Shown one piece after another: positions 50,401-60,449 of a stretch of 64,000 nt of DNA. Under the pieces are notes generated by a model. That model had not been told where the DNA came from. It was given only the letters and a program-made list of their open reading frames with translations, and made no database searches. Numbering within the stretch: the first letter of the stretch is position 1; each line of letters starts with the position of its first letter. Both the position numbers and the translations under genes were made by a program. The stretch comes from Nannocystis bainbridge (GTDB taxonomy: Bacteria > Myxococcota_A > Polyangia > Nannocystales > Nannocystaceae): assembly GCF_028368995.1 (NCBI RefSeq), contig NZ_JAQNDL010000001.1, forward strand, positions 2,400,001 through 2,464,000. The letters are read 5' to 3'.

Positions 50401-51505
50401 CCGAGCCGAACCGCATGAACGGGTCGCGCCGCAGGCAGCGGTCGATGAGCCCCGCCAGGCGCGGGTCGCAGCGCGGCGCTCGCTCGAGCAGCGGCCGCGG
50501 CTCGAGCTCTTGCAGCCGCTCGGCCAGCTCGAGCGGCGTGCTCGCCTCGGTCGGCGGCCGGCCCGAGGCGAGGATGTACATCAACACCCCGAGCGCGTAG
50601 ACATCGGAGCGGCGCGACGCCGGCTCGGCGCGCCACAGCTCGGGCGCCATGTAGTGCGGCGTGCCGAGCAGCGTGCCGGCCTGCGTCAGCGACTCCGCGG
50701 TCACCGGGATGTCGGCGGCCGACAGCGCCGCCGCCGACAGGCCCGCGCTCGAGCGCCCGGCCCCCGAGTCGCCGTGGGCGCGGGGCAGCGCCGCGCTGGC
50801 GCTGGCGTCGCGCAGCTTGATCGTCTCGGCCGCGCGGTCGATGCGGCCGCCGTCGTTGCTGCGCATCACCGCCGACGCCGCCGCCTCGATCGCCTCGTCC
50901 TTGGGCGGCTCGGGCCGCACCGGGTCGAGCGACGCCGGGTCCATGAGCTTGGCCAGGCTGAAGTCGAGCAGCTTGATCTCGCCGGCCTCGGCCAGCATCG
51001 CGTTGGCGAGCTTGATGTCGCGGTGGAGCACGCCGTGGCGGTGCGCCGCCGCCAGCCCGCGGCACAGGCCAATCGCCAGCTCGAGCACCTTGCGCGACGG
51101 CAGCGGGACCTGGATCTCGTTGAGGCTCTTGCCCCGGATGTACTCGGTGATGAGGTACGGGTGACCCTCGAGCTGACCGACGCGGTAGATCGTCACCACG
51201 TTGGGGTGCTGGATGCGGGCGACCGCGCGGCCCTCGACCTGGAAGCGCTCGCGGTCGTCGGCGTCGGGCGCCACGTGGCCGACGAACTTCACCGCCACCG
51301 GCCGGTCGAGCACCGTGTCGTGGGCCAGGTAGACCCGACCCATGCTGCCCTTGCCGAGCAGGCGGACCAGCTTGTACTCGTCGAAGGTGGCCGGCGGCTC
51401 CCACTCCACGAGCGGCGTCTCGACGATCTTCGGCACCGGCCGCATCGAGCGGCCGTGCTGCGACGCCGAGGGTACCTGGCCTTTGGGACCTGGCCTCGGA
51501 TCCAT
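47498..51505 (-). CDS. Ser/Thr kinase - STAND (nSTAND1-type) NTPase - TM - PEGA - FGE-sulfatase/C-lectin-fold protein
   Basis: HRDIKLAN, DFS and GTPHYMAPE; NPYRGLQAF, GDSGVGKSS and IDQFEEL; VTSEPPGA (PEGA); HEVT, EWERAARG, GNAYE, RGG and VGLR (FGE). Start uncertain (51445-51547). Confidence 0.9.
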   Translation of the reverse strand: MDPRPGPKGQVPSASQHGRSMRPVPKIVETPLVEWEPPATFDEYKLVRLLGKGSMGRVYLAHDTVLDRPVAVKFVGHVAPDADDRERFQVEGRAVARIQHPNVVTIYRVGQLEGHPYLITEYIRGKSLNEIQVPLPSRKVLELAIGLCRGLAAAHRHGVLHRDIKLANAMLAEAGEIKLLDFSLAKLMDPASLDPVRPEPPKDEAIEAAASAVMRSNDGGRIDRAAETIKLRDASASAALPRAHGDSGAGRSSAGLSAAALSAADIPVTAESLTQAGTLLGTPHYMAPELWRAEPASRRSDVYALGVLMYILASGRPPTEASTPLELAERLQELEPRPLLERAPRCDPRLAGLIDRCLRRDPFMRFGSADDLLAALESLQPSGRELVIPEGNPYRGLQAFESKHRAVFFGRGVEIRAVLERLRADALVVVAGDSGVGKSSLVKAGVVPMVEEGNLDHHRQWASAAMTPGRYPLQTLVSTLAVLFDMSEETLSALIAESPGELVRSLRKQLGEARGRLLVIDQFEELVTLSATQEVAVVGPLLARLASGLPGLRVMATVRGDFLTRVVQVPGIGDELSRAIYILRPLSPEGAREAIVGPAKVKGVRFEPSTLVDELVEAGARGSLPLLQFALAELWELRDQATNIISPADLRKVGGVTGALARHGDAVLAELIPAQRAAARRILMRLVTVDDTRAVRTEDELTSDSPAAAEALKALVRGRLVVAREVNDDAVFEIAHEALLGGWSTLSTWLEEERDGRAVRHRLELAVTEWERLGRGRDALWSGAPLQEVVALDPASLRPKERDFIAACKTAAARVRALRRGAIVLVPAVAISMYAAMWLKGQRDLRLKVDAQVTAAEQERAVAGKARADAEALRTQALAAYDAGKQTHADGLWTRYEATLPEAELRLARSAQKLETALSLDGRRDDVRDRLGEVLLERALLAEQAGHGEFVIQDLLERLKLYDEDGARIGRWNAPAQFSVTSEPPGARVQLERYDASRARIDATETLGVTPVPARPLDRGSYRLRFELEGYAPVTLPIALAREEVADFSVVLPPTDTIPAGFVYVPAGRFLYGTGDIVDLRVSMSAEPLHSVQTGAYVIGRHEVTWADYIEFLSALPPGERAAILAINAARVLSDSARLTELAQGGWQLELHQTERVYTARTGEPLVYEGRTQRARVEWERLPVTGIGVEEAIAYFAWLDSSGRVPGARFCDEHEWERAARGADDRRFSIGQRLEASEANIDRTYGLLGSAFGPDPVGSYPQSVSPYGLYDTIGNAYEFTVSPYDHKQLNARGGGFYYNEFAGRVSNRFEIPTSFRHSTVGLRVCATWPLTRAQK

Positions 51506-51769
51506 GTTCGGAATCGCGCCGGACGCGCCTGCGTCGTGATCGCTCACCGAAAGTCCTCGGGGTTCCGGGACATCAACACCAGCGTCGCACGGCCAGCGGG
51601 GGGCCGGCAAGTCCGTGCGTATCCCACTTGGGACCGGCACAGGCCGGCTCGCGACAGTGTGTTTGCGGGGTGCAGTTTTCTGCACCCCGCAGACCCGTCA
51701 ATTCGCTTCACGGTCCGAACCCCGATCACCTCGCGGTCGAGACCCTGACCGCGACCGATCGCGCCGGCC

Positions 51770-54100
51770 TCAGGGCGCCGAGAAATCGATGCTCTGCAGC
51801 GAGTCTTCGAGCTCGATCTTCTTCTCGAGCCGCTTCGACTGCAGCTCGACGATCGTGCGCGCGAGCTTGTCGGCGTCGCGCGTGAATTCGTCGAGGCGCT
51901 TGTTCAACTTGCCGCGCAGATCGCCGGCCGCGCCGTCCTTTTTGATCGCCTCGAGGTTCTGTCGGGTCTCGTTCGCGCGCTGATCGAGCTCGGCTTTTTG
52001 GCGGGTGAGCCCGTCGATCTCGGTGTCGATGCGGCCGATCTCCTGGCGCAGGCGGCCCAGCGGCTCGAGCTTCTTGCGCGCGTTCGCGTCGAGGTTCGGC
52101 ACCCGCAGCAGCGATTCGAACAGCTGCGGCACGCGCGTGTCCCAGATCGAGATCGTCGTCTGCGACGGCGTCTGCTCGACCACCTCGACCTTGCCCTCGA
52201 CCGCGTTGCCGGTGACCTTGACCGGCACGAGGTAGGCGTCGGGCAGCTCCTCGAGCCCCTCGATCTTCGACTTGAGCGCGTAGGGCCCGCCCTGCTTCGG
52301 GTGGCGGATCAGCACCGAGTAGCCCTTCGGGTCCGGCTGGCCCTTCACCGTCCACGTCGTCGCCACCCGCTGGAAGTTCTCGACCGAGATCAGCCCGCGC
52401 ACGATCTTGACGATGCGCAGCTCGTCGCCGGTGTACTGCGCCTGCGACGACACCAGCAGCGACGGCTCGACCGCGAACGGGATCGTCGTGCTCGTCTGCG
52501 TCCCGACCGCCTCCGACAGGCCCTCGCCGACGAAGCTGCCGCCGGCGTAGATCGCGATCGGCCCCGGCTCGAGCACGAACGGGGTGGTGTTCTTGAAGCG
52601 GACCACGCGGTACGGGTTCTGCTCGTAGCCGGTGCCGGCGCCGCCCGGACGGAACAGGAACGTCTGCTCGGCCGCCACGTCCTGGTTGACGATCGCCACC
52701 ATCGTCGAGCTGCCGTCGGGCACCGTCACGCGGTCGCGCAGGTCGAAGCGCGTCAGCCCGCTGACGCTCTTGGCCCGCGCGCTCGCCTGCGTGCTGCGGC
52801 GCAGCGACTCGAGGTCCATCGCCGGCGCCTCGGCCTTCTCGACCTCGTCGTAGGCGACGTCGGGGGCCGGCTCGAAGTCGTAGCTGGGGCCGCTCGCGGC
52901 GCGGCCGCCTCCGCCGATGCTGTTCGGCCGCTGCTCCGCGCGCTTCGCCGATTTCTTGAGGTCGTCCGCCTTCTCTCGCATCGCGGGCGCCGGCGGCGGG
53001 GCCGGAGGCGGCAGGCTGCGGGCCGGGACGGCGTCGGGGCAGCCGTCCTCGTCGGTGTAGCCGTTGAACGTCTCCGGGCTGTCGGGGCACTTGTCGAGCC
53101 CGTCGGGGATCGCGTCGCCGTCGCGATCACTTCCGGCGTCGTACGAGGTCTCGCCCATCGCCACCGCGGCCCGCTTCTGCACCCCCGCCTCGGTGAGGTC
53201 GGTGCGGCCCACGGTGCGCGGCGTGTGCAGGTCGTAGCGGAACGCGATCGGTGCGCCCGAGGTCAGGCTCATCGACACCTTGCCCCAATCCTCGCCGCTG
53301 GTGTTGTCGACCACCGCCCACGCCTGCAGCAGCGCCGGGCCCTTCTCGCCCGGCTCGGGCAGGACCACCCGGTAGGTCGGCTTCCACATCGGCGCCGCCA
53401 CCACGTAGCTGACCAGCAGGTCGTGGCTGCTCGCGCCCGCGAGGCGGATCTCGACCGCGACCTGCTGGAACATCCCCTCGCCCGCGGTGGCGTCGAGCGT
53501 GCGGTGGAACTGCAGCGCCAGGTCGCCGTCCTGCAGCGTCACCCCGCGCACCTTCGACAGCCGCACCACCTGCAGCTGCTTGCCGTCGAGCAGCGAGACC
53601 TTGAAGTCGCGCGCCCCGCCCTGCGGCGCCGGCACCCGCTCCGACGACGGCGGCGGCGTCGGGTCCGGCTCGTCGATCACCGCCTCGACCAGGACGATGC
53701 GCCCGCGCAGCTTGCCCTGCGTGGTCTTCAGCGTCACGTAGGTGCCGCGCAGCGCGTCGAGCACCTGCGCCAGCGAACCTTGCCCCGGGGCCAGGGTCGA
53801 CAGCGCGGCGTTGGCCCACGACTCGGGGTCGAGCGGCATCGACACGCTGACTGCCTGCCCGCTCTTGCGGTCGACCACGGTCAGGCTCTTGAGCAGGTCG
53901 TTGATCTGGTCCTTGCGGACCTTGATCACCAGCGCCTCGCCCTTGACCTCGCCGCGGCGCTCGAAATAACCGATGCCGTTGCGATAGAGCACCACGCGGT
54001 CGAGCCCCAGCGAGCTCTCGGTGGCGGCGTAAGGGTTGCGGCCGTGGGCGCAACCGATGAAGAGGAGGGCGACGAGGGCGGACGGGGCGAGCCTGGGCAC
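51770..54100 (-). CDS. DUF4139/DUF4140-like lipoprotein with an inserted TSP3-type Ca-binding repeat
   Basis: Lipobox FIGC; RVVLYRNGIGYFER, WKPTYR and AVVDNTSGEDW; DRDGDAIPDGLDKCPDSPETFNGYTDEDGCPD; C-terminal coiled coil; GGAG RBS before GTG 54100. Confidence 0.8.
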   Translation of the reverse strand: MPRLAPSALVALLFIGCAHGRNPYAATESSLGLDRVVLYRNGIGYFERRGEVKGEALVIKVRKDQINDLLKSLTVVDRKSGQAVSVSMPLDPESWANAALSTLAPGQGSLAQVLDALRGTYVTLKTTQGKLRGRIVLVEAVIDEPDPTPPPSSERVPAPQGGARDFKVSLLDGKQLQVVRLSKVRGVTLQDGDLALQFHRTLDATAGEGMFQQVAVEIRLAGASSHDLLVSYVVAAPMWKPTYRVVLPEPGEKGPALLQAWAVVDNTSGEDWGKVSMSLTSGAPIAFRYDLHTPRTVGRTDLTEAGVQKRAAVAMGETSYDAGSDRDGDAIPDGLDKCPDSPETFNGYTDEDGCPDAVPARSLPPPAPPPAPAMREKADDLKKSAKRAEQRPNSIGGGGRAASGPSYDFEPAPDVAYDEVEKAEAPAMDLESLRRSTQASARAKSVSGLTRFDLRDRVTVPDGSSTMVAIVNQDVAAEQTFLFRPGGAGTGYEQNPYRVVRFKNTTPFVLEPGPIAIYAGGSFVGEGLSEAVGTQTSTTIPFAVEPSLLVSSQAQYTGDELRIVKIVRGLISVENFQRVATTWTVKGQPDPKGYSVLIRHPKQGGPYALKSKIEGLEELPDAYLVPVKVTGNAVEGKVEVVEQTPSQTTISIWDTRVPQLFESLLRVPNLDANARKKLEPLGRLRQEIGRIDTEIDGLTRQKAELDQRANETRQNLEAIKKDGAAGDLRGKLNKRLDEFTRDADKLARTIVELQSKRLEKKIELEDSLQSIDFSAP

Positions 54101-54276
54101 GTGCGAGGGATCTCCTGCGAGGTCGACTGTAACGCCGCGAGCCCACGCCCTCTTACTCGCACGCGCGCCCGCCAAACCCCGCCGGAGGCGCGTCTTCGGC
54201 CGCTGCGCGGTTTTGCCCGCGCGGGCCGCCCCAAATGCCGCCAGGCGGTCGCACGCGGCGCCTATGGACGCCTTGA

Positions 54277-55266
<990 letters not shown>

Positions 55267-55304
55267 CCTTTCCGACCTGTCCTCAAGCACCTGGTCTTTC
55301 CGCC

Positions 55305-56297
55305 ATGACCGTTCGACCCGCTCACTCCGCGCCGCACCGCCAGGACCCGCTGTCGGGCCTGTACCCGCCGATCGACCCGTTCCACTTCGGCCGGCTGCAG
55401 GTCCCGGGCGGGCACGACCTCTACTTCGAGCAGTCGGGCAACCGCGCCGGCAAGCCGGTGGTGTTCCTGCACGGCGGGCCCGGCGGCGGCACCGACCCCA
55501 AGCACCGGCGCTTCTTCGACCCGGCGCGCTACCGCATCATCCTGTTCGACCAGCGCGGCTGCGGCCAGAGCGAGCCGTTCGCCTCGCTCGAGGACAACAC
55601 CACCTGGGACCTGGTCGACGACATCGAGCGCCTGCGCGAGCACCTCGGCGTCGACCGCTGGCAGGTGTTCGGCGGCTCGTGGGGCAGCACGCTCGGGGTC
55701 GCCTACGCCGAGGCCCACCCGCACCGCGTCACCGAGCTGGTCCTGCGCGGGATCTTCATGTTCACCCGCCGCGAGTCCGATTGGTTCTACGGCCGCGGCA
55801 CCCGCAACCTGTTCCCCGACGCCTGGGAGGCCTTCGTCGCCCCGATCCCCGAGGCCGAGCGCGCCGACCTGATCGCCGCCTACTACCGCCGCCTCACCTC
55901 GAACGACCCGCGCGTCCGCGTCGAGGCCGCGCGCGCGTGGAGCCTGTGGGAGAGCCGCGTCGCCGCCCTGCACCCCGACCCCGACGTCGAGATGCACTGC
56001 GACAACACCGACTTCACCCTCGCCTTCTCGCGCATCGAGTGCCACTACTTCGTCAACAAGGGTTTTCTGAACAGCGAGACCCAGCTGCTGGACGACGCGC
56101 CGAAGATCCAGCACATCCCGACGACGATCGTGCACGGCCGCTACGACGTGATCTGCCCGCTCGAGAACGCGTGGCACCTGCACAAGCGGCTGCCCCGCTC
56201 GGAGCTGGTGATCGTGCCCGACGCCGGCCACTCGGCCTTCGAGCCCGGCATCGCCCTCAGCCTGCGTCGCGCCACCGACCGCTACTCCCAGCTGTGA
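55305..56297 (+). CDS. pip: Prolyl aminopeptidase, copy 2
   Basis: Same motif set ([25 protein letters not shown]); start MTVRP. Confidence 0.93.
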   Translation: MTVRPAHSAPHRQDPLSGLYPPIDPFHFGRLQVPGGHDLYFEQSGNRAGKPVVFLHGGPGGGTDPKHRRFFDPARYRIILFDQRGCGQSEPFASLEDNTTWDLVDDIERLREHLGVDRWQVFGGSWGSTLGVAYAEAHPHRVTELVLRGIFMFTRRESDWFYGRGTRNLFPDAWEAFVAPIPEAERADLIAAYYRRLTSNDPRVRVEAARAWSLWESRVAALHPDPDVEMHCDNTDFTLAFSRIECHYFVNKGFLNSETQLLDDAPKIQHIPTTIVHGRYDVICPLENAWHLHKRLPRSELVIVPDAGHSAFEPGIALSLRRATDRYSQL

Positions 56298-56319
56298 GGC
56301 CGGGCCGGGGCGGTGCGTC

Positions 56320-56396
56320 CCTCATGTCCGAGAGGACATGCCCCGTGCGCCATGCCCTTGGGGGCATGCCCCTTCGGTCATGTCCTCCGGGTCACA
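56320..56396. repeat. Tandem array of 14-bp units with a CATG(T/C)CC core
   Basis: CATG at 56323, 56337, 56351, 56365 and 56379 (exact 14-bp period), between convergent genes. Confidence 0.9.
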
Positions 56397-57606
56397 TCGC
56401 CGAAAGGTCGCCGCCGGCCGCCGCGGCCGCCAGCGTCAGGCGGTCGGCGCCCCAATACAGCTGCGGGCCGCGCTCGCGGGTCTGCACCACGAACGTCGGC
56501 ACCCCGAACACCCCGGCCGCCTCGGCCGCCGCGGTGCTCGTCGTCAGCGCTTGCTTGATCTCCGGCGCCGCCGCCCGGGCCACCAGCGCCGACCCGTCGA
56601 GCCCGACCGCGTCGGCGATCGCCGCGACCACGGCGGGATCGCTGATGTCGCGGTCCTCCGCCCACAGCGCCGTCGCCAGCGCGCGCACCAGCGGCGGCGG
56701 CGTGCCGGCGGCCAGCGTCACCCGCAGCGGCAGCACCGTGCGGATCGGGAACCGCTGCGGGAATTTGAACGGCAGCCCCGCGCGCGCCGCCTGGCGATCG
56801 AGGTCCTGCAGCGTGTGGCGCCGCTTCTCCGGGCTCTGCTCGAACAGCGGCACGTCGGGCGTGCCGAGGCTGCGAAACAGCCCCCCGAGCAGGATCGGTC
56901 GCCACGTCACCTGCGGGCCCAGCTCGCCCGCGCGACCGATCGCCAGGTACGCGAACGGGCTCGAGTAGTCGAAGAAGAGCTCGACCGGCGCCGTCGGCGA
57001 CGGCACGGGCATCGGCGGCGTCCCGCCGAGCGCCGCCTCGACCATGTCCGCCCGGTCCTGCCCCCAGAACAATTGGTCGCCGACGAAGTAGGTCGGCACG
57101 CCGAACACCCCGCGCGCGATCGCCTCGTCGGTGCGGCGGCGCAGCGCGTCCTTGATCTCCGGCGACTCGGCGCGGGCCAGGATCGCCGCGGCGTCGAGCC
57201 CGACCTCGGCGATCGCCCGCGCCAGCACCTCGCGGTCGGCGATGTCGGCGTTCTCGTCCCAGTACGCGCGGTAGATGCGGTGGATCAGCGGCAGTGACAG
57301 CTCCGCCGCCAGCACGCAGCGCAGCGCCTCGACCGTGCGCATCGGGTGACTCGCCGGCATGCGCAGCGGCACGCCGGCGCGCTGGGCCTGGCGGCGCATG
57401 TCGTCGAAGTTGTGGCGCGCCTTGGCCGGGTTCAGCGTCGCCGCCAGGTTCTGCGGCGTGCCGCGGGCCTTGAACACCCCGCCGAGCAGCATCGGTCGCA
57501 GGTCGAGCTCGGCGCCTGCCCTTCGGGCCAGCTGTTCGACCTGCGTCGACGCCACGTAGGCGTACGGGCACGAGAAATCGAACCAGAACTCGAGCCGCGC
57601 CCCCAT
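56392..57606 (-). CDS. Two-domain 2-hydroxychromene-2-carboxylate isomerase / GST-kappa (DsbA-fold) protein
   Basis: FDFSCPYAY..GVFGVPT..FWGQDR followed by FDYSSPFAY..GVFGVPT..YWGADR. Confidence 0.88.
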   Translation of the reverse strand: MGARLEFWFDFSCPYAYVASTQVEQLARRAGAELDLRPMLLGGVFKARGTPQNLAATLNPAKARHNFDDMRRQAQRAGVPLRMPASHPMRTVEALRCVLAAELSLPLIHRIYRAYWDENADIADREVLARAIAEVGLDAAAILARAESPEIKDALRRRTDEAIARGVFGVPTYFVGDQLFWGQDRADMVEAALGGTPPMPVPSPTAPVELFFDYSSPFAYLAIGRAGELGPQVTWRPILLGGLFRSLGTPDVPLFEQSPEKRRHTLQDLDRQAARAGLPFKFPQRFPIRTVLPLRVTLAAGTPPPLVRALATALWAEDRDISDPAVVAAIADAVGLDGSALVARAAAPEIKQALTTSTAAAEAAGVFGVPTFVVQTRERGPQLYWGADRLTLAAAAAGGDLSAM

Positions 57607-57608
57607 CC

Positions 57609-58619
57609 CTACTTCCGCGTCCCCGTCAGCCACTCCGCCGCCTGGCGCGCGAAGTAGGTCAAGATCACGTCGGCGCCGGCGCGGCGGATGCCGAGCAGGC
57701 TCTCGAGCACCACCCGCTTCTCGTCGAGCCAGCCGCGCTCGCTCGCCGCCTTGAGCATCGCGTACTCGCCGCTGACCTGGTAGGCCGCGAGCGGCAGGCT
57801 GGTCGCGCGGCGCAGCTCGGCGAGGATGTCGAGGTACGGCCCGGCCGGCTTGACCATCAGCATGTCGGCGCCCTCGACCTCGTCGAGCTCCGCCTCGCGC
57901 AGCGCCTCGCGGGCGTTGGCGGGGTCCATCTGATACGTCTTCTTGTCGCCGCTCTTGGGCGCCGAGTCGAGCGCGTCGCGGAACGGCCCGTAGAACGCCG
58001 AGGCGTACTTGGCCGTGTAGGCGAGGATCGACACGTCGATGAAGTCCTCGCCGTCGAGCGCCTCGCGCAGCGCCTGCACGCGGCCGTCCATCATGTCCGA
58101 CGGCGCGACGATGTCCGCGCCGGCGCGGGCCTGGCACAGCGCCTGCTCGCACAGCGCCGCCACCGTCTCGTCGTTGAGGATGCGCCCGTCGGGCGCGACG
58201 ATCCCGTCGTGGCCGTCGCTGTTGTACGGGTCGAGCGCGACGTCGGTGACGATCACCAGGTCGGGCCAGCGGTCCTTCAGCGCCTTGATCGTCTCCGGGA
58301 TGAGGCCGTTCGGGTTCCACGCCTCGCGGCCGTCGGAGGTCTTGAGCGACTCCACCACCGCCGGGAACAGGGCGATGAGGTTGACCCCGACCGCGCGCGC
58401 CGCCTCGACCTCGGCCAGCAGCCCGCGGCGCGACAGCCGGGCGCACCCGGGCATCGACGCGATCGGCACGTCGTCGGCGCCGGCGTGGATGAACAGCGGG
58501 TAGATGAAGTGCTCCGGCCCCAGCGTGGTCTCGCGCAGGAACGCCCGGATCGCCGGGTGCTTGCGGTTGCGTCGCGGGCGCTGCAGCAGGTTGAGCGGGT
58601 CTCGGCGGCCTAACGTCAT
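57609..58619 (-). CDS. hemB: Porphobilinogen synthase (ALA dehydratase), Asp-rich non-Zn type
   Basis: RPRR, DVALDPYNSDGHDG, APSDMMDGR, AKYASAFYGPFRDA, MVKP and YQVSGEYAM. Confidence 0.96.
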   Translation of the reverse strand: MTLGRRDPLNLLQRPRRNRKHPAIRAFLRETTLGPEHFIYPLFIHAGADDVPIASMPGCARLSRRGLLAEVEAARAVGVNLIALFPAVVESLKTSDGREAWNPNGLIPETIKALKDRWPDLVIVTDVALDPYNSDGHDGIVAPDGRILNDETVAALCEQALCQARAGADIVAPSDMMDGRVQALREALDGEDFIDVSILAYTAKYASAFYGPFRDALDSAPKSGDKKTYQMDPANAREALREAELDEVEGADMLMVKPAGPYLDILAELRRATSLPLAAYQVSGEYAMLKAASERGWLDEKRVVLESLLGIRRAGADVILTYFARQAAEWLTGTRK

Positions 58620-58644
58620 CACATCTGTCCTTCGTGACATGTCC

Positions 58645-59076
58645 TTAGAGACACCAGTCGCCCGCGCCCTCGGGCGCCAGCTTGGCGAGCGCCTGGCGCA
58701 GCTTGTCGGCCGCCTCGTCGAGCGTGGCCGCGCTGGCGCGGGTGTCGGCGTTGGCGAAGTCGAGGTCGTGCGGCCCGTCGATCGGGACCACGTGGAGGTG
58801 CACGTGCGGCACCTCGAGCCCGGCGATCATCAAGCCCACGCGGGCCGGCGCGAACGCCAGCATCTGACCGCGGCCGATCGCCTGCGCGACCGTCGTCAGG
58901 TGGGCGGCGAGCTCGGCGTCGAGGTCGAGCCAGTGGTCGACCTCCTGCTTCGGCACCACCAGCGTGTGGCCGGGGCGCAGCGGCGCGATCGACAGGAATG
59001 CGGCGCAGCGGTCGTCCTGATAGACGAAGCGACCGGGCAGCTCGCCGTTGATGATCCGGGTGAACACGGACGGCAT
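58645..59076 (-). CDS. HIT family nucleotide hydrolase
   Basis: GHTLVVPK and the histidine triad VPHVHLHV. Confidence 0.93.
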   Translation of the reverse strand: MPSVFTRIINGELPGRFVYQDDRCAAFLSIAPLRPGHTLVVPKQEVDHWLDLDAELAAHLTTVAQAIGRGQMLAFAPARVGLMIAGLEVPHVHLHVVPIDGPHDLDFANADTRASAATLDEAADKLRQALAKLAPEGAGDWCL

Positions 59077-59086
59077 GGCCGGGACT

Positions 59087-59695
59087 CTACACCGGGCGGA
59101 GGCCCTTCGGCGCGCTGACCCACTTCGACCCGGCCACGGCCAGGCGCCACGGCGCGTCGCGGTCGGCCGGCGCCGCGAAATCGATGCCGACGCGCGGCCC
59201 TGCGAGGATCTCGCCGACCGGCGGGGCGTCGAGCGCCTCGAGCCCGCCGGGCTCGGTGACGGGGTGATGCGACCAAGAAGTGTCGAGCTGCAGCGCCTGC
59301 CCGACCTTGCCCGGCCCGGTCAGCAGCGTCGGCCCCGCCGTCGTCGCCCCGCGGCGGCGCTGGATCTCCGTCAGCCCCAGCACCGGCTCCGCCGAGCGGA
59401 TCAGCACCGCCGCGCCCTCGCCCTCTTCATTGGTCGAGAGGTTGAGCATGTTGTGGATCCCGTAGCAGAGGTACACGTACGCGCGCCCCGGCGGGCCCCA
59501 CATCGCCGCGTTGCGCTCGGTCAGGCCGAAGCGACAGTGGTTGGCGCTGTCGTTCGGGTGGCGGTAGGCCTCGACCTCGGTGATGCGCACGATCACGCCG
59601 TCGCGTCGCAGCAGCTTGCCCAGCAGATCGCGCGCGACCACCAGCGCGTCGCGAGCGAAAAAAGAACGCGGCAAGATTCCTGTGTCGTCGGCCAT
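59087..59695 (-). CDS. mpg: 3-methyladenine DNA glycosylase (AAG/MPG family)
   Basis: VARDLLGK, ITEVEAY, AYVYLCYGIH, AVLIRS, GPGK and PRVGI. Confidence 0.92.
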   Translation of the reverse strand: MADDTGILPRSFFARDALVVARDLLGKLLRRDGVIVRITEVEAYRHPNDSANHCRFGLTERNAAMWGPPGRAYVYLCYGIHNMLNLSTNEEGEGAAVLIRSAEPVLGLTEIQRRRGATTAGPTLLTGPGKVGQALQLDTSWSHHPVTEPGGLEALDAPPVGEILAGPRVGIDFAAPADRDAPWRLAVAGSKWVSAPKGLRPV

Positions 59696-59850
59696 GTGGC
59701 TCCAGCGAAGGTGGTGATCGAGTTCAGCGTAGCGTCGAACGGGCCCCGCGCGTACGACGTATTCGCGGCCTGTCGCGCCCCTGGTCGGTGTACAGCGCTT
59801 ATGGCGCGCATGGGCCGTCCGGACGTGGCATACTGTTCACCCCTCACGCG

Positions 59851-60420
59851 ATGCTGATCTATCTGTACCTGTTCGCATTCGGGCTCGGCGGCGTCCTTCT
59901 TCTCGGCTCGATCTTCATCGGCGACAAGGACGGCGGCGACAGCGACGCGAGCACGGCCGAGCACTTCGACCACGGCGTCGACGACAGCCACGGCACGCTG
60001 GCCGGGCTGTTCACCGCCTTCTTCTCGCTGCGCTTCTGGATGTTCTTCCTCGCCTTCTTCGGGCTCACCGGCCTCGTGCTCGACGGCCTCGACCTCGTCG
60101 ACAGCCCGACCGCCGCCCTCGTCGCCGCGCTGGGCATGGGCCTCCTGACCGGCCTGGGCACCGTCGCCGTGTTCCGCAACCTCTCGCACAGCGAGACCAG
60201 CACCGCCGCCAGCGCCGCCGACTACATCGGCCGCAGCGGGCGGGTGATGGTCGGCTTCGCCGCCGGCGACCTCGGCAAGGTGCGGCTCACGCTCAAGGGC
60301 ACCACCGTCGACGTCCTGGCCAGCACCGAGGAGGAGCGCGGCTTCGTCGTCGGCGACGAGGCCCTGGTCATCGCCATGAACGACACCACCGCCGTCGTCG
60401 CCCGCGTCTCGGGCGGCTGA
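59851..60420 (+). CDS. NfeD-like (YqiJ/YuaF-type) membrane protein
   Basis: Three TM helices plus a C-terminal OB-like domain (IGRSGRV..GKVRL); immediately upstream of two flotillins. Confidence 0.8.
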   Translation: MLIYLYLFAFGLGGVLLLGSIFIGDKDGGDSDASTAEHFDHGVDDSHGTLAGLFTAFFSLRFWMFFLAFFGLTGLVLDGLDLVDSPTAALVAALGMGLLTGLGTVAVFRNLSHSETSTAASAADYIGRSGRVMVGFAAGDLGKVRLTLKGTTVDVLASTEEERGFVVGDEALVIAMNDTTAVVARVSGG

Positions 60421-60449
60421 CCGCGGCCAACCTGCCACCGGAGGACCGA

